This document shows, piece by piece, positions 42,196 to 53,572 of a stretch of 64,000 nucleotides of DNA. The position numbers were made by a program, and so were the translations under genes. Where the stretch lies: positions 975,388 to 1,039,387 of the forward strand of contig JAWQFM010000020.1 of the NCBI GenBank assembly GCA_033442325.1. Reading direction: 5' to 3'. The notes below the pieces were generated by a model, which was given only the letters and a program-made list of their open reading frames with translations, did not search any database and was not told the DNA's origin. How positions within the stretch are numbered: position 1 is the first letter of the stretch; every line of letters begins with the position of its first letter. The DNA is from Salpingoeca rosetta (lineage: Eukaryota > Protista > Choanoflagellata).

Positions 42196-43536
42196 ATGAA
42201 CAGCAACACAAGCGCAAGCAAGTCTTCAGCGGCTGCGACATCAAAGCAGCACAGTCAGCATGGCAAAGCAGCAGTCTGCAGGAGCGCAGCCGTCGTGGGC
42301 GGTGGCGTGGCTGGCTTAGCGACTGCCATGGCACTGCGACAGGTTGGCGTGGAGGTGGTGGACGTGTACGAGGCGTACGACGTCTCTGCCGGCGTGGCGA
42401 TTGGTGCGTGGCTCACCATCGCCGTCAACGGCTTGGCGGCCCTGCGTGAGCTTGGCCTTGACAATGCCGTCATGCAGTGCGGCTTCCCATCGGAGGAGAT
42501 TGAGTTCCACAGCGGCAGCGGCAAGCACCTGGGACGGATCCCAATCGGCGGCACCCTGGACGACGGCACCGTCACATGCACGCTTCGCCGTGCGGATCTC
42601 TACCGCGTGCTGCTGGAGGAGGCCAAGCGACGCGGCGTCAATGTGCACTCGCGCAAGAAGCTGGCCCGTATTGAATGGCAGACGACAGCGGACGGCACAG
42701 AGACCAACACAGCGTCCACCTTGACCTTTGAGGACGGCTCGTCCGTTCCTGCCGCAGACCTGGTTGTGGGCGCAGACGGCATCCACTCTGCGGTGCGCCA
42801 GCACCTCAACGCAGACAGGCAGGTGCAATCTCGGTTCATGGGCATGGGCAACACGGGCGGCTTCCTGCCGCACGAGGTTGTGGAGAGCGTCATGGACGCG
42901 CGCACGAAGCAGGAGCTCTCACGCGGCCTCTACCGCATGCTCTTTGGCTACAAGTGCTTCTTCGGCTACACGGTGCACCCTGACACGGGCGACGTGTGGT
43001 GGTTTGCCAACCCTCCGCTCGACCACCCCTTGTCAAAGGAGGAGGCCAAGGCCGCGGACTGGCGCGAGCGCCTGGTGACCATGTTCGCCGATGACGCCGG
43101 GCCCGCGGCAGACGTGATCCACAACACGCCCGAGCACATCACCGTTGCCAGCCAGTACGACCTCCCGCACGTGCCCGTGTGGTACCGGGGCAACGTGGTG
43201 CTGCTTGGCGACGCTGCGCACGCGGCATCGCCGTCGTCCGGCCAGGGCGTGTCGCTCGGCGTAGAGGACGCGGTGGAGCTGGCGCGCTTTGTGCAGTGCC
43301 AGACCACGGTGGCAGATGCCGTGGCCGTCTTTGTGGCGCATCGTCGCCCGCGCGCGCAGCGCGTTGTTGAGTATGGGGCACGCATGAGCAGCCAGAAGGT
43401 GCCTGGCCCCATTGGGCGCTTCTTCAGGGATCTGATCATGCCGTGGATCCTGTGGTTGGTCAAGAACCAGACGCAGGACTGGCTGTTCTCCTACCGCGCA
43501 CGCATCGCAGAGAACACTGAAGAGGCCACAAAGTAG
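42196..43536 (+). CDS. Intronless FAD-dependent monooxygenase (group A flavoprotein aromatic hydroxylase type), 446 aa
   Basis: VVGGGVAGLATA (GxGxxG), RRADL, DLVVGADGIHSAVR (DG motif), VVLLGDAAHAASPSSGQGVSLGVEDA (GD motif). Confidence 0.93.
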   Translation: MNSNTSASKSSAAATSKQHSQHGKAAVCRSAAVVGGGVAGLATAMALRQVGVEVVDVYEAYDVSAGVAIGAWLTIAVNGLAALRELGLDNAVMQCGFPSEEIEFHSGSGKHLGRIPIGGTLDDGTVTCTLRRADLYRVLLEEAKRRGVNVHSRKKLARIEWQTTADGTETNTASTLTFEDGSSVPAADLVVGADGIHSAVRQHLNADRQVQSRFMGMGNTGGFLPHEVVESVMDARTKQELSRGLYRMLFGYKCFFGYTVHPDTGDVWWFANPPLDHPLSKEEAKAADWRERLVTMFADDAGPAADVIHNTPEHITVASQYDLPHVPVWYRGNVVLLGDAAHAASPSSGQGVSLGVEDAVELARFVQCQTTVADAVAVFVAHRRPRAQRVVEYGARMSSQKVPGPIGRFFRDLIMPWILWLVKNQTQDWLFSYRARIAENTEEATK

Positions 43537-43671
43537 GGGTTGACATTGTGAGGGGTGGGGGGCGAGGAACAAGGGAGAAACCACCGATGACAGTGCGAAC
43601 TGGACCAACGACGGTACGAACCGGTGGCAACTGCGTTTGGGTCCAAGCAACCCCACGATCCATCAAGCCAC

Positions 43672-43741
<70 letters not shown>

Positions 43742-44150
43742 TTCACTTGTCGTTGTTCCAGTGACAACCAAACCAAAACGTTCACGAACAGCCACGCCTT
43801 CGTTACGCATGCACATGCTGTTGCACATACATAGAGAACTGCCTGTACACATGATGTACAACAGCAAAGGCACACAAGGAGGTGGAGAGCACGATGAACA
43901 AACAGAGAGGTCAGGCAGCGAGGGAGTGGAGGAGAAGGTCTGCATGCCCTCAGCGAGGAAGGACCACTTGACGGAAATTTAGCGATGATGCCAATCAAAA
44001 CTCATCAACCGCCACCACACCACAACGCGACAGCCACAACAGCGCCTCTCCTTCACCACCCCATTCCACCCACCACCACCATCACCCCAACAATCATCGG
44101 TCCTCTGAAGCGACTGTAGTGTGCTCTTGTGCTCTTGCTCACACACTGCG

Positions 44151-45124
44151 ATGGCACGGCAGCGGTGTTTGCTGTGGCCGCTGTCATCGCCATGCCGCAT
44201 CACCGCCTCCTGCGTCCACCTTCTCTTTGCTTTGCTTCTGCTGCTGTTGAGCGCACCGGTTCTGACGCCCGCACAAACCACACCCATATCCACAACTGCA
44301 AGTGCAACTGCAACTGCAACCACCACCTCGAATACGACAACGACAACAACAACTGTTGCGTTTTGGCACTGTGCGAGCTCGACATGGCCCAACGGGGATG
44401 AGGATACGCTGGGAGTGTTGGCTGACATGGCGCTGAAGCACGTGCTGGCCGATGAAGCCACGTTGGTCAACACGGTGGACATTAGTGTGCGGCGTGCAGC
44501 GGCGTGGTGGCGTGACGCCGACGCGCAGTTTGGCGGATCTTCGCCAAACATCATCGTCTTAGCGTGCCCAGAGATCCCTCTGCGCTGGCAGCTGCTGCTT
44601 GCCGACTTGCTCGTGGGCAGCAGCAGCAGCTCCTGCGCGCTGGAGACAATGGGCGCGGACGTGGACGTGGCGCATCTCGTGCCGTCTGTCTGCTTCTTCA
44701 CCCTGCGAGCGGATTTCACCTCCATCGCCGACACCGTGATTCGAGCAGCCTCTCCGATCCATCCCGTGTTCATGCTGGTGGACGACAACCAAGTGGAGGC
44801 TGTCCTTGACATTCGGCGCACCATCCTCGCCGAAAGCAACAACGATGACGACCCAGAGGTTCCCAAGCGTGACACCACCATGCCCATCGTGCCAGTCAGA
44901 AACTCGCTCACCGAGACGGTCGATGCCCTGGTCATGTCCGTACCAAGTTCCGTTGTTCTGCTTGCTCGCCCAAGCGCCAACCGTGCTGCCCACCTCAACA
45001 TCGTCGCCACCACCCTCGATGCCAACAAGTCCGTCTTGTGTGTGTGTGTGTAGTGTGTGTGTGTCTGTGTGTGTGTGTGTGTAGTGTAGTGTGTGTGTCT
45101 GTGTGTGTGTCTGTGTGTGTGTGT

Positions 45125-45172
<48 letters not shown>

Positions 45173-45396
45173 TGGAGTGAGTACACGTGTGTGTAATGTG
45201 GGTGTTCGTTGGGGTGCAAAAAACCCCTGTGTGTTGTCGCCCCTGTTGTCCACCCACCCCTGTCCCTCAATATACCTGGGTCATGCGTATATCCGCAGTC
45301 CCATCTTCCTGTGCATGCATTATCTCACCCACACTCGTTCATGCAATCGCACACACACACATACACACACATACACACACATGCACACACACTCAC

Positions 45397-45470
<74 letters not shown>

Positions 45471-46447
45471 CAGGGTGACGCTGGCTGTCCTGGCATGGAG
45501 TGAGCTGGACATTTTGAGGAGCGTTTCGGTATCACCCAACACGTGCTCGGTTCATCTCTTCGATATCGACTGTAGCCTCGCAGAGAAAGCGACGGCCATC
45601 TTGCGCGTGCCCGTGCCTGCAAGCACGAACCCAAGCGCGCCAGAATGGCAACAGTTCCTTTCACAGTTGCTCTCTGATGACGAGAGGGGCAACGCATCCA
45701 CATCCGCCACGGTTGCTGCCGCATGGGACGCGGCACAGATTATCCAGCAATCCATCACAGCGACAGCACAAGATGACCGCCCAGGAAGCAGCGGTCGCTT
45801 GCAGTTTGTGCTCAACTCCACTGGCTTTGATACGACATTCACAGGCCGCGTGCACCTCCGCACTCTCCCCTCCTCGTCATCGTCATCATCGTCATCGTTT
45901 CCGTCACCACTGGCAGCCGTGCCCTCGGCCATGTGGATTGCCACAACAGCCGCCTGCGCTCTACCAGACGCAGGCGGGGTGTGTGCCGCGCAATTCAAAC
46001 GCACGTCTGTTAACGCCACAGGCACAGCACTGCTGTCGTCGACGCTTGCGCTGTTGCCGCAGCGGCTTGTGCTTCGTCTGGCTGTGGCGCTACCACTGAC
46101 TGTGCCTGGGTACAGCACTGGCCGCAGTGCAGAGTGGCGGGCGGCAATCGACGTGGCAGCAGAGGGGCTGGGCCTCACCAACAACGGGCTCGTCACCATC
46201 AAGACAACCGTCTTTGACACCAACGCAGACTGCTTCCAGGTTTGCGGGCGTTGGGAGAGGGGGTAGGGGATGGTCGTGTGGGTTTGTGTTGGTATTTTTT
46301 TTTGTGTTGTAAGAGTGTGCGCGTGCGCTGATGTTATAATGATGGCAACATGTGATGAGATTGCCCTTCCTCTTTGCAATATTGTGAACACTCATGCATA
46401 TTCATACATATTCATACATGTACGTATACGCACGCACACACTCACTC

Positions 46448-46479
<32 letters not shown>

Positions 46480-47538
46480 ACAAACACACACAAACACATA
46501 CACACACTCACAGCTTGGGCGCACGATTGGGCAGCAGTCGTTCCACGCGGTGATTGGTGCCGTGCGGTCGTCGTGTTCTGGTCCGCTCTCCCTCGGCCTT
46601 CGCCCATATGGCGTTCCTCAGGTCTCCTTCGCATCCACGGCCCCATCCCTCTCCAACACCACGCGCTACCCGACGCTGTTCCGCATACCGCCGTCCGACC
46701 TCCACCAGGGGCGTGTGCTTGAGCTGCTGTGTCGCCGCTTCAACTTCACGCACGTGGCCGTGCTCATGCAGGACGACACATACGGGCAGGGCCTCGCTGC
46801 TGCGTTTGCAGACGCGTTCCTCGCCAACAACGGCACCATCACATTCAGGGGCACCATCCCCGCAGGCGACCAGCCCCACTCGCTGTTTCGCGGTCTCCTG
46901 CAGCAGGCGCGCGCGTCCGGGACCAGCGTCATCCTCACGTTTGCTCTGCTGGTCCCGACACGACAAATGTTCGCAGCGGCCGAGGAATTGGGGATGCTGG
47001 GGGAGAACTGGGTGCATCTCACCGTCGACGCAAACACGTTTGCAAACACCGCGTAAGCTCAAAGCACCGCGTTTGCCTTGCATCGGCTCTGCTTTTCCTT
47101 GGCCTCGTGGCTCAAATGTACCGATGGAATTGTGCGCATGGCGTGATTCTGCTTATGTGTTGTGTGCTTCTTCGTTTGTGATCAGGCACAACGTCATGCT
47201 TCCTCACATCCCATACAACACAACACACACACACACACACACACAATCGATTCATGAAACAGGGCGGAGGACACGGTGATTGATGGTGTGGTTGGGGTGC
47301 GTCCACGCACTGGTGCTGGCGCTGTCTATGAAGGCTGGCTTAACTACACCAGCGCTTCAGGCGTACGTAATGGCTGCACATGCCTTGCTTGTTATGCTAT
47401 GTTTGTGTTTCGCATGAGAAACACTTGACGTCCACACTCACGCACACGCCATCAATTGATCTTGTGCTTCTCACGCTTGTGTTGCTCACACCGTTGTGCA
47501 TGCACGCATACACCTTCTCCCTCCCTCTATGTGCGTGC

Positions 47539-47625
<87 letters not shown>

Positions 47626-48111
47626 CGTGCGTGTGTGTGTGTGTGTTTGTGCGTGTGTGTGCACAGGTTGGAGAGGCATTTCGGCGCCGCTTCTCGCTGC
47701 CCACCGGTGATGGCGGCTTCAACCCAAACACGTGAGTGATCGTGTTGTGGCACTACCCCGAGTAATATTTTTTTTTGTGAATTATGCAAGTCGTGCTTCA
47801 CTTGCACACCGCTCTCACTTGCGCGCTTCCACCTGCACACTCACACGCTCACATGCGCTCACACGTTCAACCTGCATTGTTTCACACACCCTTTCAGTTA
47901 CGTCCCCCACAGCCTGGATGCGGTGCAAGTGCTGCATGTTGCTGCAACGCGTGCTGTGGAGAGCAAGGCAACCCTCTCCACCTTCCCGTCGGTCTCCCTC
48001 GTGCGCACGAGTGTTCTCCATGAGTTACAGGCCATGACTGACCCTGCGCTCGGATTTCGCGGATCAACGAGCTCGAACGTGCGCCGCAACCACTGTTGCA
48101 TTGCTGGATAC

Positions 48112-48154
<43 letters not shown>

Positions 48155-50233
48155 TGTGTGTGTGTGAATCTTTCTTTGTTTAAATGTGGGTTTGTATGTG
48201 CATGAGTGGACGAATAATGCCTTGTTGTTCTGCTTGCACTCATGCAGCACACACACACACACATACACATCACGTCTGCGCATGGCATCAATGCAGGTGT
48301 ACTTCTCGCCCGAGGGCGATGGGCGCATCGTGTATTCAATTGCAAACGTCGCCGACAACCTCCTCCTTGGCGTTGGTGTTGCAGATGAGGTCGAGTCGCG
48401 TCTGCGGCTTTCGCTGCAGCAGCCAATTGTCTGGGGTGGTGGGAAACCTGTGCCGCCATCCACATTCTCCGTCGTCAGAAGGTATGCTGGAGTATGTGTC
48501 TGTATGTGTGTGTGTTTGTGTGTGTGTGTGCGCGCGTCTGTATGTGTGTGTCTGTATGTGTGTCTATATGTGTGTCTGTATGTGTGTTTGTGCATCTGTG
48601 TGTGTCTATGATGGAGTGGGAAAGCAAGACTGTCGTTGCACCGCCAACACGTGCGCAATCACTACGTGCGAGTTCATCTGTCTCACAACCTACCATCACC
48701 ACCACCATCATCAATCACCCCCACCCTCCCCCTTTCGAAGAACCATCACGGTTGCGTGCCTTGCGCTTGTGGATGAGAGCGAGCTTGAGGACGAGTTGGC
48801 AGCGGCCTGCACGTGGTCCGCGGGTATCGTGTCCAACCTCAACAACATCGACGTCACCGCCAGCATCATCACGCGTGAGACGGTGCTTGGTGCAGAGGAG
48901 GCAGGTAGCGCCCACACCTCGCTGTTGTCGCTGGAAGCACACATGCGGTTGTGCAACAGGACGCAGGAGTATCTTCTCAATGCCACGCTTGAGAAGGATT
49001 TGGTGGCTGTTGTGGGCGTTGTGCCCTCGCTCTGTCAGCAGGACTGGGCGCCGCAGCTCACCCTCTTGGGGCTGCCGCAGTTTGTCGTGTCATCCTTTCC
49101 TCGCCTCAACCCTTCACCATCAACAACACCGCCAACAGCGTCACAGTCGTCACAGCAAGCGGGCACGGGCAACAGTACAAGCACAACGGGTAGTGGTGGT
49201 GATGACGATGATGATACCAGTGGTGTCGGCGGTGATGGTGGCTTCAATGACGCAGGCGCCAATGACGATGATGGTGCGACGCGCCAGTCGCCGCTGTTCC
49301 TGCTCGATGGCAGCGCGCATCTTCACATTGATCAAGTGCTCCTCGTCCTGCGCAACAACAACTGGACCCGCTTCTCTGTGCTCTGCCACAATACCCTCGT
49401 GCCGCACACGCAGGAACTGATGTCAGTCGCCCGCAACCACGGCTTCAACCCGCTCGGTTTCACACCGGCGCCAGAGGCCGCCACACACAACAGCACGGCA
49501 CTGCAGCTCCTGATGCAGCGTCATCGCACCCTTGACGCAAGCATCACCATCGTCCTCGCTCCCGACTTTCTCCACGCGGACGCTTACTTGCGGGTGTGTG
49601 GGTGCGTGTGTGTTGTGTGTGTGTGTGTGTGTTGTGTGTGCTTATGTGTGTGTGTGTCAGCTTTGCGGTTTCTGCTCTTTGTGTTGTATTTGAACTTGCA
49701 TCGTCTGCAGATGCTTTGCCCTCACGAAGTCCTCATTGTTGCCATCATTCTCACCTCATATGACCACCTCAACTGCACTTTGTCGCTTCTCTGTACTTAG
49801 GCTGCAGAACGTGCCTTCATCACGGGCGAAAATTGGGCGTGGATCCTCGCTTTTGGTAAGAAGCAACTGCTTTGGTCGGCATGCTTGCAAGCAGCAAATA
49901 CATTGATTCCCACGGCCTGCACAACCCTTTCTTCTTCAACTGCTATCAGCAACATACATTGTCCGCAATCACAATCATACACGCGTCAACAATTTACACG
50001 CACTCACGCACAAACACACACACACACACACACGCATACACGACGTGATGCTGCGCAGGGAGCTGGCGTGGCATCCACTTCAGTCGCACTGTCACCTTTC
50101 GCGATGGTGCGTGTACATGACATGTACGCTTGCTTCTGCTGGCTTTGTGTGCTGACCCGAGTTAACGTCTTGATCGCCGCTAGACCAGTGCTGGTGATGT
50201 TATGCTGTCCATCGCATCAATTCCACCACCACC

Positions 50234-50273
<40 letters not shown>

Positions 50274-51739
50274 CCAACACACACACACACACATCCGAAC
50301 ACACGCATGGCGCTAACTCCCAACCCCCAACTTGCTCACATCTCAACACACACGCGTGTACGCCACCATGCGCAGCTGTTGTTGTGCTGAGTCCGCCTTC
50401 AGGCAGCGGCATGGCATTCCAGAACTTCCTGCCGAGCACGTCCACGTCTGCTGGGCGCCTCTTCTCCTTCTCCTTCCAGTCAGCGGGGATTGCAGGCGAC
50501 ATTGGGCCCTCGCTGCTGTCGCTTCGCGTGCATGACGGCATGCTGGTGCTGGCCCGAGTGCTTCAGGATGCAGTGGAGCGTCGACTGATTGACTACCGCC
50601 AGTCCCCTGCTGACCTCCGCGCTGTCATCGTGCACGAGACAAATGCCGCCCTTGACAGCAACCACAAGCAGCAGAACTGCGATGAAGACGGTGGTTTGGG
50701 TTTGCAGCTCACGTCTGGCCTGTGTGTCTCGCGCGCAGACAACTTTGGCCGCGTGCACGACGTGCACACGACTCCCACAGCCAGCGCCAACAGCGCCAAC
50801 AACATCAACACCACCCACACCACCACCACCCACACCACCACCACCCACACCACCACCACCCACACCACCAACAGCACCGTTCACGAGCTGCCCATGATGA
50901 CAGCTGATACCGTGACGGTGCTGGATCCTGGTACGCAGGTGCTGAACGTTGGTGCCGGCGTGTTCACGGAAGCAGGGCGCATTGCGGGCGGCCGCGTCAC
51001 CATCAGCAAGCGCATCATATGGGGTGCTGGTGCCCTGCACCCGCCCAGCGATGTGCCCGTGCTGGTGGCGGAGGTGCTGGTGAAGTATGTTGTCATTGCA
51101 CCGCTCTCCCGTGCGCTGACGGAGCAAGAAGGGCTGCTATACGACCAGCTGGCTTCCATTTCCACCATTGTTCCGTCCCTGAACCAACTGACAGGCTTCT
51201 CCGACACGCTGACAGTCCGCATTTTGCCGGTGCGCCTCAATGTGGACGCTTGTTCCTTCCTCTCCCCGCCAATGCAGCCGGACAATGCAGCCGACATCTG
51301 GGTTGTGGTTGGTCCGGAATCATGCATCCTGTCCATGGGGCGCATGGCGCGCCGCTTCCACCAACCACTGATGGGCGTGGTCACTGCGTACGACATTGGG
51401 CTGTCGCCGCAAGACTCAAACCTGCTGCAACAATGGAGCATGCCTGCAAATGCGTCTCAGGCCGCCAACAGGCCACAGGCGCGTGACGTGACGAGCGGTC
51501 GTGAGGATAACGTGCGTGAAGGTGCTGCGGGCGCCCGTGGAAAGCCATCGCCAATGACGCAACACCGCAGATCAACAGACACTGCTAAATCACCACACAC
51601 ACCTGCGAGCAGCAGCAGCAGCAGCAGCCGCAAGCACGGCAACAATGAGGGCAGCAGAACCAAACGCAACAACAACAACAACAGCAACAACAGCAACAAC
51701 AAGACCCTCAAGCTATCAACCATCATGCACCAGAACACC

Positions 51740-51824
<85 letters not shown>

Positions 51825-53509
51825 GCAGCAGCAATGACGGCAGCAACAGCAGTGACGCTGCTGGCCACGGCGACCAATCGAGTGCGCCAGGGGGCGGGCG
51901 AGGAAGAGGCCGCCACACTCGTAACAACAGGAGGCGTGGCTTCATGCGTGTGTTGGCGGCAGTGACGCACCGCAACCGCAGCAGCCAGAGCACGACCACG
52001 GCAGCCCCCACCACCACCCCCAGATCAGCCACCACTGGCAGCGGACCAAGCAGTGGCAGCACGCTGGCAAGATCGGCATCCATGACTGGAATGGCAACAG
52101 GAAGTGGTGGCAAGGATGGCGCGAAACAAGGCGGTGGCGTGTGCAAGGAGCTTGAGGAGTTTATGCGGGAAGCGAGCGTGCTGTGTCAGATGAAGGACAA
52201 GAATGTTGTCGGTTTCATTGGCGTGTGCACGACGCTGCACCCGTTCCTCCTGGTCACGGTGTACTCTGCAAAAGGGTCACTGCTGTCTCTGCTTCGCGAG
52301 CGCAAGGAATCTCTCAATCCACTTCCGCTGTGGGGAAAACTCATGATGGCGCGCGATATTGCTCGCGGCCTGCGCACCGTCCACCAGAAGGGATTCGTGC
52401 ACCGGTGGGTCTAAGGTTGTGTTTGTGTGTTTGTGTATGTGTGTTTGTTTGTTTGTTTGTGTTTAATTTGTTTGTTTGTTTATGTTTATGTTTATGTTTA
52501 TGTTTGTGTTTGTGTTTGTGTTTGTTTATGTTTGTGTTTGTTTGTTTGTTTGTTTGTTTGTTTGTTTGACGGACGATGTATCCACCTTGTCAATTCGGCT
52601 TCAACTCACAATTCGCATGTTCTGCTTCATGCTCTACTTGTTTTTTTTCGTCGACGGACAGTGATATTGCTGCTCGCAACATTCTCGTGGATGAAGACTT
52701 TGTTTGCAAGGTTTGTTGGTGTGCGGGTGCACTCTGTGGTGAACAAGACCTTGGTCTTGTGGGGTTTGTGGATGCAACCATAGTTTCCTTTGTCACTTCA
52801 TTTCGTGAACACACTTAGTAACCTTGTCTTGCATCCACGCACGCGCATCCGCCTACACTCATCACACCACCAACACCACCTTCATCACGAACACCAACAC
52901 CACTCCGCGTCTGGACTTTTCAGGTCGCTGACTTTGGGCACGCGCGTGCGAAGACCAACGGGCAGTGCCGCGTGACGGATGATCGTGTTGCTGTTGCGTG
53001 GACCGCACCGGAAGCACTGGACACGCGCGTATTCTCCGAGCAGACAGACATCTGGTCATACGGTGAGTTGTGTGTGTACGCACGCAAGTGGTTATGTACA
53101 TGTGTGTGCCGTTTATGTGTGTTTGTGTGTGGACGTGTGTGTGTGTATGTGTGTGTGTACACGTGCACGTACATGTGTGTGTGTGTGTGTTGTGACACGC
53201 TTGCTTTGTGGTTGGCAACATGTCACCTGCTGCTAATTTAATCCTCCTTCAACAACACTGGTTCCTGTTTCATCGTCCCTCCGTCCCCCCCCCCCCCCCT
53301 TGAAAGGCGTGACGGTGTGGGAGCTGTTCAGCGATGGCACGATGCCGTACCTTGGGCTCAAGAACTCCACCATCTTCCGCCTCCTGCAGAAGGGGCACCG
53401 TCTCGGCAAACCAGACGGATGCCCGCGCGACGTCTACATTGTACGATGACATGGCAATGGGGGCAGGTTCAATGGGGTTGCTTTCACACTCTTGCTGCAC
53501 ACACGCGCG

Positions 53510-53572
<63 letters not shown>

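Noticed and set aside
41699-42199. 166-aa ORF overlapping the monooxygenase start
   Set aside because: It has a non-ATG start, a different frame and no recognisable motif; likely promoter or UTR.
51057-51110. [18 protein letters not shown] as the missing transmembrane helix
   Set aside because: It contains Glu and Lys and corresponds to the first beta-strand of the next VFT module (compare [11 protein letters not shown]).
51890-52140. Gly-rich strings (GGGRGRG, GSGPSSG, GSGGKDG) as the kinase Gly-loop
   Set aside because: They lack the aromatic and Val pattern and a following beta-3 Lys, and sit in low-complexity context.
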